Source of the DNA: a virus
Taxonomy: Duplodnaviria; Caudoviricetes
DNA length: 62,585 nt
IMG/VR virus record: IMGVR_UViG_3300031787_000115
Span: 1 to 62,585 of that record
Reading direction: 5' to 3' (one strand)
The first letter of the stretch is position 1. Each line of letters begins with the position of its first letter. The translations under genes were made by a program, and so were the position numbers. Of the stretch, positions 36,259 to 44,795 are shown in pieces. The notes under the pieces were generated by a model. The model worked only from the letters and a program-made list of their open reading frames with translations, had not been told where the DNA came from and did not search any database.

Positions 36259-37428
36259 TCAGGTGCTGGGTTGCTGCCGGTTGGCATTGCGAGCGGCTTG
36301 GCGCACGGCGGTGGTCAGATCAACGCCACCAGGGCCGTCGAGGGTGACCACCGGCTGCGCCGTCCGTGTCGTGCCAGGGGTGCGCCAGCGCTCATTCGCG
36401 GTGGGTGTCGCTGCAGCCCGCAGCAGCTCCGGCCGCACCTCGGTGGTGCTGCGGCCCCGGCTGGCGGCGTACTCGCGCCAGACGCGGGTCTGGGACTGGC
36501 GCCAGAAGGTGCCGTTGAGGGCGCGTTCGCGGGCGTCCGCGTCGGGGTTCTCCACGTCATCGGTGGCCAGCGGTTGCAACTGGCACCGGCAACGACGGTG
36601 CGCCGGCAGGCTCACCTGGTCGAGCCGGTAGATCCGTCCATGCCTGGCGACACAGTAGGCACAGGTCCGCTCGTCGCGGGTGGCGATCCAGCGGGCGTAC
36701 TGGTAGCCAGCGGCCCGGGCCAGGGTCTGCGTCGCCTGCTGCGCAGCTTGCTGCAGGTTGGTGCGGAGGTTGACGATCACCCGCTGCACCACCCCGGTCT
36801 GTGGCCGGCGGGCTTGGGGGCTGCGCCGGGCTCCAGCAGCAGGACGGCCACCAGCCCCCGGCCGTGGGGCCTGCGGAGCTGTGATGCCCACCAGCGCCCG
36901 CCGGGCCTCCTGCTCGAGCCGTCGGGTGCCCCAGCCCTGGGCAGCGGCATTGCTGGCCAGCACCACCAGCTGATCGCGGAAGGTCACGGCCTCTGATCGC
37001 ATCGCCACCACCGCAGCAGCCAGCAGGGCGCCGACGATCACCGGATCAGGCCCGGCGAACGGTGGCGGTGGTGTGGCGGGATCCTCGGCCCGTTGCTGCT
37101 GCTCAGCCGCCTTGGCCCCGGCGGTGATCGCCGCCTCCAGGTGCCGCCGGTAGCTGGTCTCCCAGGCCTGCAGCTCCCCATCGGTCAGGAACCGCTGGGC
37201 GGCGCGGATCACCTCCTGGTACCGGGCGGTCAGCTCAGCAGGGCTGACGCTGCTGGGGGCAGCCGCAGCCTCCTGGTAGCGCACGAACGCCCGGCGCAGC
37301 TGGTCCAGGACAGCGACGAGGGCGAGCCGGAGGGTGGTGTTCGCCTCCTTCTCGGCGCGGTCCTCGATCGCGGCCAGGGCATCGGCCGAATCCTCCGCCA
37401 GCTCCAGGGCCAGGGCGCCATCGGCCAC
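36259..37428 (-). CDS. MuF / SPP1 gp7-like minor head protein
   Basis: RWIATRDERTCAYC..HGRIY..PAHRRCRC. Confidence 0.87.
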   Translation of the reverse strand: MADGALALELAEDSADALAAIEDRAEKEANTTLRLALVAVLDQLRRAFVRYQEAAAAPSSVSPAELTARYQEVIRAAQRFLTDGELQAWETSYRRHLEAAITAGAKAAEQQQRAEDPATPPPPFAGPDPVIVGALLAAAVVAMRSEAVTFRDQLVVLASNAAAQGWGTRRLEQEARRALVGITAPQAPRPGAGGRPAAGARRSPQARRPQTGVVQRVIVNLRTNLQQAAQQATQTLARAAGYQYARWIATRDERTCAYCVARHGRIYRLDQVSLPAHRRCRCQLQPLATDDVENPDADARERALNGTFWRQSQTRVWREYAASRGRSTTEVRPELLRAAATPTANERWRTPGTTRTAQPVVTLDGPGGVDLTTAVRQAARNANRQQPST

Positions 37429-37431
37429 GGA

Positions 37432-37731
37432 TCAACCCTCGTCCGTGTCGTCATCCACGGCGTAGGACACAGCCAGCGGGCCATCCCCGCTCAGCAGCTC
37501 CCCGTCGATCTCCTCGCCCTCGTCCAGCTCGTCATCGGAGACGTCGAAGGCCGTCGAGGTCAGCACATGGGCGGCGGTGTGCAGGGCGCCGATCAGGCCG
37601 ATCAGCGGCAGGTCCGCGTTCTCGGCGCACAGGTCGAGGATCGCCTGCTGGAAGTCCAGCAGATCACCCTGGGAGCAGACGGCATCGTCCTCCTCGCCGT
37701 ACTCCTCCAGCAGTTCGGTCGGATCAGCCAT
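37432..37731 (-). CDS. Small highly acidic protein
   Basis: Very Asp/Glu-rich with no Lys or Arg. Confidence 0.7.
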   Translation of the reverse strand: MADPTELLEEYGEEDDAVCSQGDLLDFQQAILDLCAENADLPLIGLIGALHTAAHVLTSTAFDVSDDELDEGEEIDGELLSGDGPLAVSYAVDDDTDEG

Positions 37732-37891
37732 CGGTGCGCTCCGCAGGGGTGAGGGTGCGGTCGATCACGGTGCGGAAGGTGCCATCAGGCCGGCGAGCGA
37801 TCACCCGCTGAACGCGGGGCTCACCGGCCTGGGGCTGGAGCAGGCGACCGACGGCGGTCACCGCCTGCCGGTAGGTGGGTGTGTTGGTCAT
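37724..37891 (-). CDS. 55-aa hypothetical protein MTNTPTYRQAVTAVGRLL..
   Basis: Preceded by motif GGAAAGCTGG; overlaps the next start; not in ORF track. Confidence 0.6.
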   Translation of the reverse strand: MTNTPTYRQAVTAVGRLLQPQAGEPRVQRVIARRPDGTFRTVIDRTLTPAERTDG

Positions 37892-37929
37892 GGGGTGCTG
37901 TGGTGCGCCCCAGCTTTCCGCCCTGGGGC

Positions 37930-38478
37930 TCAGCGACCCCGGCGGCGCTCCATCGCAGCCTTACTGCGGCGTGCGCCGGCGGCACTGCGGTTCTCCTCTG
38001 CAGTGCGGAAGGCACCCGATCGACGGCTGCGGCCGCTCAGCTCCTTGTAACGGGCCTTCGCCGGGTTGGCCGGTGCCTTGTCGGTGCGGGCCGGCTTGTT
38101 GCCCTTCTGGGCGGCGCGGCTAGTGGCGGCCTGGGACTTCTTGATCGCTCCGCTGGTGGCCGAGCGCTGAGCCGTGGTCATGCGACCACCCCGGCCCACG
38201 GTATTGGCGCGGGCGGGTCCGCTGATGCTGCCAGCGGCCCGCAGCCCTCCAGCTCGCTGCTGCGCGCCCTTCCCGCCAGTGAAACCCTTGGCCTTGACGC
38301 GACCACCCAGGCCGGTCGTGCCGGCGGCCTTCAGCTGAGCGGCGCGCGCGGTGTTGGCGGCACGGGTGCTGGCTGCCTTGCCGCCGCCGGACTTCCCTCC
38401 ACTGGATCGGCCGCCGCCGCCTCCACCACCACCGGATGAGAATCTGCCGCGGGAGTCGCGGGCGTACCGCCGTGCCAT
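37930..38478 (-). CDS. Basic protein with RD-x-x-GRF tag (paralog 2)
   Basis: MARRYARDSRGRFSSGGG; Arg/Gly/Ala-rich. Confidence 0.85.
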   Translation of the reverse strand: MARRYARDSRGRFSSGGGGGGGGRSSGGKSGGGKAASTRAANTARAAQLKAAGTTGLGGRVKAKGFTGGKGAQQRAGGLRAAGSISGPARANTVGRGGRMTTAQRSATSGAIKKSQAATSRAAQKGNKPARTDKAPANPAKARYKELSGRSRRSGAFRTAEENRSAAGARRSKAAMERRRGR

Positions 38479-38513
38479 GAGTCAGACCTGATGCCGTTAG
38501 GCCAGGTTTCCGC

Positions 38514-39644
38514 TCAGCGCTTGCGCCGCTTGCCAGGCCCCAGCCGTGGCTTGCTGCTGGCCAGCCTCGGGCGGCTGCCGCTGCCCTGCAGGGTGCCAGC
38601 CGGCCCGTCCCGGGTGATCGCGGCGATGTCGCGCAGGCGGCGGGCATCAGCCTGGGCCAGGGACCGCAGGCCCTCGCGCAGGGCCGTGGACACCTTGCCG
38701 GAGCGTGCGCCGGACTGCCCACCCGGGGGCGGCGGCAGGGTCTTGGCTCGCGAGGCGGTGGGGCTGGGGATCTTGATGCCGAAGTCCCGCTCGAGCTCGC
38801 GGTAGAAGCGGGCATCCGACTGGGCCAGGGCGCGGAGGTTGCCCCGCAGCACCTCGCTGATCTTCGGCGGGCGGGCACCTTCACCCGGGCGGCCCATCAC
38901 GGTGGTGGGTGACACCTCCGGCCCAGCCTTGCGGCCCTTGCCCCGCACCAACCTCCCCGCCGGGCTCTGCCCCAGCCGCTGACGGTTGGCCCGCTGTGCC
39001 CCGGCGGCATCGCGGTTGGCGCGGGTCAGTCCCCGGGCGGCGCTGGGGTTGAGGCCAGCGGCAGCAGCGCCACGGGCATCGCGCAGGCGACCCCGGGCCG
39101 CGAGTGTCCCGCGCTCGGGACGGGTCGGCCGTGCCGCGGCGGGAGTGGCGGCCGTGCGCCCCTTGCCCCGCTGGAAGCGACCCTGCACGCTCTGCCCCAG
39201 GCTCACCCGCTCGCGCTTGATCGCCATGCCGGTGTAGCGGCTCGCCCGGGTCACCGCACCCCGCTGTGACGGCGTGTCGTTCTCGCGGAGCTTGGCGCGG
39301 GATCGCCGCAGGCTGGAGCGGGCGGCCAGGGTGCCACCGCCGGTGGTGAGGGGTTCGCTGCGGGGCTTGCGGGCCTGCTCGCGGACCTTCACGGGATCAG
39401 GCCTCTGAGACGTGCGCCCCAGGTAGTTTTTGCGGCGTGCAGCAGCAGCAGCGCGGCCACCGGATGGGGTCTTGGGCACCACGCCAGGCAGCCGGCCGCC
39501 GGTGGGTGCCGCCTTGATCGTGGCCCCGCCACCGGCGCGGGATCGGCCGCCGGACATCAGCCGGGCGCCACGGCCACCGGTCTGGCCACTGAAGCCACCG
39601 GACGCGAACCGTCCGCGTGCGTCGCGGGTGTAGCGCCTTGCCAT
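38514..39644 (-). CDS. Basic protein with RD-x-x-GRF tag (paralog 3), internal repeats
   Basis: MARRYTRDARGRFASGG; repeated GTLAAR..LR and LRxLAQxDAR segments. Confidence 0.85.
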   Translation of the reverse strand: MARRYTRDARGRFASGGFSGQTGGRGARLMSGGRSRAGGGATIKAAPTGGRLPGVVPKTPSGGRAAAAARRKNYLGRTSQRPDPVKVREQARKPRSEPLTTGGGTLAARSSLRRSRAKLRENDTPSQRGAVTRASRYTGMAIKRERVSLGQSVQGRFQRGKGRTAATPAAARPTRPERGTLAARGRLRDARGAAAAGLNPSAARGLTRANRDAAGAQRANRQRLGQSPAGRLVRGKGRKAGPEVSPTTVMGRPGEGARPPKISEVLRGNLRALAQSDARFYRELERDFGIKIPSPTASRAKTLPPPPGGQSGARSGKVSTALREGLRSLAQADARRLRDIAAITRDGPAGTLQGSGSRPRLASSKPRLGPGKRRKR

Positions 39645-39709
39645 TGCCTGTGCCGTGCCTGTGCCTCAGGTTTCCGGCGGCAACCTGTCGCAACCCTCGC
39701 GCTCCTGCG

Positions 39710-39799
39710 ATGTCCTGCCGTCAATGCGAGCGCTGCGGCGCACGGTGGATCAACGGCCTGCACTACTGGGCCACCGGATGGAGCAGGTTTCGCCGTTGA
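39710..39799 (+). pseudogene. Truncated copy of the 41911-42171 gene
   Basis: MSCRQCERCGARWINGLHYWATG then diverges; upstream motif also duplicated. Confidence 0.75.
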
Positions 39800-39860
39800 C
39801 GGTGGCCTCGACGAGTTCGGTCTGCCGCTTGGGTGCGACGACGAAGGGGAGGTTTGGCAC
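39750..39860 (-). pseudogene. Short ORF remnant MPNLPFVVAPKRQTELVEATVNGETCSI
   Basis: Own late motif at 39891-39881; collides with the truncated + strand copy. Confidence 0.45.
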
Positions 39861-39908
39861 GGGGCCGGTGGTGGGGGTGGTCTAGGTTTCCGGCTGGGGG
39901 GGGGTGGG

Positions 39909-40631
39909 TTAGCGGCGGCGGCGAGGTTTGCGAGAGCCAACCTTTTCAGCAATACTTGCTTGCTTGCGAGCCACAGAAGTTAAATTGTAAGTGACGGTTT
40001 TTCTTGCATTATCGATTGAAACCCTGACGCCTTGCAGCTTGCCATAGCCAACGCCGGTCACCTTTTCAATCCGATCTCTAACTTTGTTGGCAGTGGCGAA
40101 CGGAAGCGGCTTTCCGGCCACCTTGGCAATGTAGCCTCCTAGTGTTTTTGCCTCAGTAGCCTCAACTTCTTTCTTTGAAAACTTGGATCGAAACACCGAT
40201 GCCGTGTTTCGTATGTCACTACCCCTAGCTTCATTGGCTTGAACCACTTGATCATTTGACAGCCATCTTTTCTTTCCCTTGGGCCCCATGTTTTGAGGCT
40301 GCAAACTTGCTCGCCCACCTTTAGCGGCCACCGCCTTCGCCCTCGCCCCACCCTTCACCTTCCCACCCTTCCCGACGGTCCCAGCGATTCGCCCCTTGAG
40401 CCGATCGAGCTGGGTGGCGCGTTGATTTCCTGCAGCAGTCTTCAGGCGGCCACCGCGAGCCGTGGCACCGCTGCCGCCCTGGCCGGTGATCTTGCCGGAG
40501 TTGTCGCGGGTGAGCCGATTGGTGCCGCGCTGCACACGCTTGGTGGCTGGCCTGCCGCCACGGCCGCCGCTGGAGCCACCACCACCACCAGAGAAGCGTC
40601 CGCGTGCATCGCGCTTGTAGGTCCGTGCCAT
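39909..40631 (-). CDS. Basic protein with RD-x-x-GRF tag (paralog 4), AT-richer C-terminal half
   Basis: MARTYKRDARGRFSGGG; second degenerate tag RLTRDNSGKI. Confidence 0.85.
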   Translation of the reverse strand: MARTYKRDARGRFSGGGGGSSGGRGGRPATKRVQRGTNRLTRDNSGKITGQGGSGATARGGRLKTAAGNQRATQLDRLKGRIAGTVGKGGKVKGGARAKAVAAKGGRASLQPQNMGPKGKKRWLSNDQVVQANEARGSDIRNTASVFRSKFSKKEVEATEAKTLGGYIAKVAGKPLPFATANKVRDRIEKVTGVGYGKLQGVRVSIDNARKTVTYNLTSVARKQASIAEKVGSRKPRRRR

Positions 40632-40664
40632 GGGTCAGCCTGTGCCGTCAGCTCAGGATTCCGT

Positions 40665-41000
40665 TCAGCCGCTTTTCTGCCGTGTCCTGGCGCTGCGCCG
40701 TCGCTTGCCGGCTGACGCCACCGGCCGGACGGCGCCGTCTGAACCGCGGCGCAGCTTGGCCGGAGCCAACGGGCCGCCCGGCAGCCGGCGGGGTCGATCG
40801 CGCAGGATCCAGGGCCCCACCCCACCGATCTCCTCCTTGCCCTTGGGGGCATCGCGGTTGGCCATCCGACTGGCCTTGCGCTTGGCGATCGCGCCCTGGG
40901 GCGCCACGGTGCGGGCCAGGGCAGTCCTCATGGTGCGAGGTGCAGCGCTGACACCACCCGCGAACCGCCCGCTGGCATCTCGCCGGTAGGTCCGTGACAT
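40665..41000 (-). CDS. Basic protein with RD-x-x-GRF tag (paralog 5)
   Basis: MSRTYRRDASGRFAGG; ATG at 41000 after motif at 41031-41021. Confidence 0.8.
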   Translation of the reverse strand: MSRTYRRDASGRFAGGVSAAPRTMRTALARTVAPQGAIAKRKASRMANRDAPKGKEEIGGVGPWILRDRPRRLPGGPLAPAKLRRGSDGAVRPVASAGKRRRSARTRQKSG

Positions 41001-41110
41001 GGGAAAGCCTGTGCCGTCAACCCAGGTTTCCGCCGGCAGACAGCACGTTGCAGAGCTGAAGGACTGGATCATCAGGCAGGAAACCTGAGGCAAAGCTCAG
41101 ACGCACTCAG

Positions 41111-41797
41111 ATGGCCCGCAAGTACCGCCGTGACGCTCGCGGTCGTTTCGCTAGTGGGGGATACTCCGGCCAGACGGGCGGCAGGGGTGCGCGGCTGAAG
41201 GGCGGTGGCACCACCAGGGCAGGTGGTGGGGCGAAGATGACAGCGGCCAGGGTTGGCGGGACATTGAAGGGTCGAAAGTCTCTAGAGCCAACCAAAGAGC
41301 TTGCCCGTATGTCTCGGCAGGTTAAAAAGCTCAAGGGAATGGAGTTTGAACCTCCAAGTTCTAAGAATAACTTTTTGTCTAGAGGTGGCGCCGCGACAAA
41401 AGCACTAGCAAACATAGAGCCTGGCTTCAGGAGGCTTAGAAGCCAAGCGAGAGACAACAGCTTCAGGCAGCGGATGGCCATTTCAGAAGCAAATAAGGCT
41501 TTTGAGACTCAAAGGGCTGTTAGCACTGGGGAGCTGTCTGGTCAGAAAGTGAAGTTCAGGTCTACCGCTGCAGCTCGCGCTAGATACACGGGCCAAGTGC
41601 GCGATGTTTTATCAAGCAAGAAAACCTATGGCCAGAACAAGAGGAGCAGTGGAATCAGCAGGTCTGTTGTTGGCCAGCAATTCAATCTTTTAGGTCGATC
41701 AACACCTATCAAGTCAAGCCGCAGGACCGCCAGCAATTTCAACGCCAACACTTACAAGGTGCGCGGCGGAGGACGTAGCCGGCTGGCAAACCGTTAA
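41111..41797 (+). CDS. Basic protein with RD-x-x-GRF tag (paralog 6), AT-richer C-terminal part
   Basis: MARKYRRDARGRFASGGYSGQTGGRGARL; shares ~40 N-terminal residues with paralog 3. Confidence 0.85.
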   Translation: MARKYRRDARGRFASGGYSGQTGGRGARLKGGGTTRAGGGAKMTAARVGGTLKGRKSLEPTKELARMSRQVKKLKGMEFEPPSSKNNFLSRGGAATKALANIEPGFRRLRSQARDNSFRQRMAISEANKAFETQRAVSTGELSGQKVKFRSTAAARARYTGQVRDVLSSKKTYGQNKRSSGISRSVVGQQFNLLGRSTPIKSSRRTASNFNANTYKVRGGGRSRLANR

Positions 41798-41910
41798 CAC
41801 TGCATCCTTTCCGTGGCCACCGACTTCTACGACTACGCCAACCTCCGCCTGCTGATCCCCCAGCCGGCAGCGATCCCCGGCAACCTGTCGCAACCTCTGC
41901 GCTCGCCCCC

Positions 41911-42171
41911 ATGAGCTGCCGGCAATGCGAGCGCTGCGGCGCCCGATGGTTGAACGGGCTCCACTACTGGGCCACCGGCAAGCCGGGATCAGACCTCGAT
42001 CTCGCGGGCCTGGTCTGCAACGTCGTGAAGGATCCCCGCCGCCAGAACCCACTCCGGGGCATGGAGGGGGGCGACGCCTGGGAGAAGCGGCGGGCCTTCA
42101 TCGACGGGGCCACCGACAGCATCCAGCGCTGCAGCAACCTCCCCGGGGCCGATCAGTCGTCCGCCAGCTGA
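41911..42171 (+). CDS. Small Cys-containing hypothetical protein
   Basis: CERC..HYWATG..DLAGLVCN; late motif at 41879. Confidence 0.72.
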   Translation: MSCRQCERCGARWLNGLHYWATGKPGSDLDLAGLVCNVVKDPRRQNPLRGMEGGDAWEKRRAFIDGATDSIQRCSNLPGADQSSAS

Positions 42172-43673
42172 GCGGTCACCTGATCGCTGCCGGGTAGGTC
42201 GATGTCCTCCTCGGCCAGGTCTTCACCGCCCGGCACCGGCGGGGCCTGCTCCTCCGTGTCCTGCTGCAGCTGCCGGGACTCCTCGGCCAGCCGCTCCAGC
42301 TCCTCCTCCGCGCTGCTGACGGTGGTGAGCCGGCCACCCTTGATCAGCTCCTCGACGAAGCTGCGCCGGCTGATCTGCGTGTTGGCATCCATGGCCGCGA
42401 GCTGAGCCACGTCAGCGGCCTCCAGCGGCCGGTCGTAGATGGTGGGGCTCATCACGATGCCGGCGCCCTCCTCCAGTCGATCGCCGGTGAACAGAGCCCA
42501 GATCGCCATGGCCCGTTGCATGGCGCTGTTCTTCTGCCGCGCCAGGTTGGCGATGCTGGCCTGGGCCTGCGTCGCCTCCAGCCCCGCCTGCGTAGCCGTC
42601 TTGGCGCTGCTGCCCTGCAGGAAGCTGATCGTCGCCTGACGCATGGCCTCTTCCAGCTCGGTGATCTGCGTCCGCTGTTCCGCCAGGCTTGAGGCTGACG
42701 GCTCCTCGAAGCGGAACGTTCCACCGGGCGGCAGGTCCACGACGGTGTTCGGCCCCAGCACCAGCGGCTTGGCGCGGCTGCCGGGGGCGTCGGGGGCTAC
42801 GCCGGTGCGGACGGGAACCGGCATGGCGCACTTGTGAGTCTTCTCCGCCAGGTCGCTGCGCTTCTGCAGGTGCTCGATCGACATCAGCGCCAGCTGCCGC
42901 AGGGGCAGGTGCCCCTTGCCGAAGCCCACCATCTCGGCCGAGTACCAGATCAGCGGCGGGAACGGCAGGGGGTTGCGGGCGGCATCGAGGTAGGTGCCCT
43001 GCTCCAGCTCCCGGACCACAGCCTCGCCGTTGCTGGCCCGGTCGATCGTCACCAGCCGCCAGACCCCGGGGCCGTGGATGCGGTAGCGGGCCTGGGTCTT
43101 GACCCCGTAGGCCTCGTCATCCACCTCGGCCAGCTCCAGGACCGTGGCCTGCTGCGGCACCTCCACACCGTTGACGGTGGCCAGGCGCCAGTTCAGGACG
43201 TGGGAGCGCTGATGCAGCGTCAGGTAGGGGCGGCGGCCCTGGGCCAGCTCCTCGGCCCGAGTGGCGGCCTCTCCCGGCGGCATCTCGACGGTGATCAGGC
43301 AGCCCCCATCCCGCAGGGCCAGGGCATCGGCAGCAGCCCAGAACGCGCGGTGATCGTTGCCCTCCAGGTCGATGTCGTCGGCGAACTGCTCCCACGTCTC
43401 CGGTGGGTCGGCCAGCTGATAGCGGGTCAGGACGCCCGTGAATCCCTCGATCGCCTGGCGGTAGACGGGTCGATAGACGGCCCGGCCGGTCCTGGCCTTG
43501 TAGGCGTCGTCAGGTTCGCCGGGCTCCTTCGGCAGGTAGGAGGCGATCGCGCCCCGCAGGGCATCCCAGCAGTCGCCCGCAACCTTCAGATCCGCGTCGA
43601 TCTCGCGCAGCACCGGATGCCGATAGCTGGGGAGCTTCGGGTCATCCGTTGGGTCGTCAATGCGGACCGCCAC
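42153..43673 (-). CDS. Portal protein (DUF4055-like)
   Basis: YLPKEPGEPDDAYKAR, DIDLEGND, KTATQA motifs; in the terminase-head operon. Confidence 0.88.
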   Translation of the reverse strand: MAVRIDDPTDDPKLPSYRHPVLREIDADLKVAGDCWDALRGAIASYLPKEPGEPDDAYKARTGRAVYRPVYRQAIEGFTGVLTRYQLADPPETWEQFADDIDLEGNDHRAFWAAADALALRDGGCLITVEMPPGEAATRAEELAQGRRPYLTLHQRSHVLNWRLATVNGVEVPQQATVLELAEVDDEAYGVKTQARYRIHGPGVWRLVTIDRASNGEAVVRELEQGTYLDAARNPLPFPPLIWYSAEMVGFGKGHLPLRQLALMSIEHLQKRSDLAEKTHKCAMPVPVRTGVAPDAPGSRAKPLVLGPNTVVDLPPGGTFRFEEPSASSLAEQRTQITELEEAMRQATISFLQGSSAKTATQAGLEATQAQASIANLARQKNSAMQRAMAIWALFTGDRLEEGAGIVMSPTIYDRPLEAADVAQLAAMDANTQISRRSFVEELIKGGRLTTVSSAEEELERLAEESRQLQQDTEEQAPPVPGGEDLAEEDIDLPGSDQVTAQLADD

Positions 43674-43711
43674 CTAGCTCTCGCGCTGCCTGCTGATTGA
43701 GGTTTCCGGCC

Positions 43712-44599
43712 TCAGGCCAGCAGATCCGCAAACCCCATCTGTTCAGCCGCTGCAGTCAGTTGCGCCAGGCTGCGGCCGCGGGGGCGGCGCGGGGCCTTGG
43801 CGGTCTCGCTGGCCTGCACCTCGGCGGCCTTCGCCACCAGCAGCGGCAGGGAGCGCTGCCGGTACTCCGCCAGCGGCACCCCGTCCAGCAGGCGCCGGAC
43901 ACGGCCCAGCAGCTGCCGCATCGCCAGGGTGGGAAACGGCTTGCGGCGCGGGGCCTCCCACCAGGCAGCGATCAGGCCGGCATCGCAGGGGCGGAGGTTG
44001 TCCCAAGCGCGCTCCACCAGGGGCAGGACAGCGCCGATCAGGTCGATCTCCTGCTCGGCATCCACGTGCCGGCCCTGGGTCTCGTCGTTCAGCTCACTGG
44101 TGCCGGTCATCGCGGCCAGCATCTCGGCCAGTTCATCGGGCCCGCTCAGCCCGCAGGCTTCCGCCACCGCTTCCGGGGTCATGTCCGGGTCGGCCAGCAG
44201 CGCCCGGGCCCGCCCCCATATCTCGCGCCAGCGCATCGGGAAGCGGATGGTGTAGGCGCTGTCGCGGAAGAAGTGCAGGATCTCGCCGTGAATGAACGGG
44301 TAGGCGATCGTTGAGAGCTTGCAGCCGCGGGCGGGATCGAAGCGCCGGCAGCCCTTGATCAGCCCCACGAAGGCCAGCGCTTCGAGGTCGTCGTAGGCCA
44401 CGGCCCCGCCCGTTTTCCTGAAGTAGCCCCAGGCCACCTTGCGCGCCAGCTTCAGGTTCGCGGTGACGAGGGCCTCCGACTCGGCGGTGGGCGGGTAGCG
44501 CTTGAGCTCCTCGCTGCTCAGCCCTCCGGAACCAGGATCATCCCGCCGACCAGCAGCGTTCCGCCGGGTCCGCGCTCGGCGCCCCGCAGTGGATGCCAC
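43712..44599 (-). CDS. Phage-encoded sigma70-family (SigF/SigB-like) sigma factor with degenerate region 4
   Basis: LVTANLKLARKVA..YDDLEALAFVGLIKGCRRFDPARGCKLSTIAYPFIHGEILHFFRD (region 2); start uncertain. Confidence 0.88.
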   Translation of the reverse strand: MASTAGRRARTRRNAAGRRDDPGSGGLSSEELKRYPPTAESEALVTANLKLARKVAWGYFRKTGGAVAYDDLEALAFVGLIKGCRRFDPARGCKLSTIAYPFIHGEILHFFRDSAYTIRFPMRWREIWGRARALLADPDMTPEAVAEACGLSGPDELAEMLAAMTGTSELNDETQGRHVDAEQEIDLIGAVLPLVERAWDNLRPCDAGLIAAWWEAPRRKPFPTLAMRQLLGRVRRLLDGVPLAEYRQRSLPLLVAKAAEVQASETAKAPRRPRGRSLAQLTAAAEQMGFADLLA

Positions 44600-44733
44600 G
44601 CCCCGCCGTACCGGCACCCCTCCAGCATCCCGCTCCGCTCCCGCCAGTGCCCCGCGATCGGGCGGCCCTTCAGCTCCTCCTGGCTCACCTCCGCCAGCCT
44701 CAGGTAGCACTCGGACAGGGGCTGCTGGTTCAT
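44518..44733 (-). CDS. Small hypothetical protein
   Basis: MNQQPLSECYLRL..; motif GGAAACATGG upstream. Confidence 0.55.
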   Translation of the reverse strand: MNQQPLSECYLRLAEVSQEELKGRPIAGHWRERSGMLEGCRYGGAWHPLRGAERGPGGTLLVGGMILVPEG

Positions 44734-44795
44734 CGCCGGTGGTCGCACACGGCGCCATGTTTCCGGGCTCAGCGGTGGTGGTGGTGGGCATGGGA

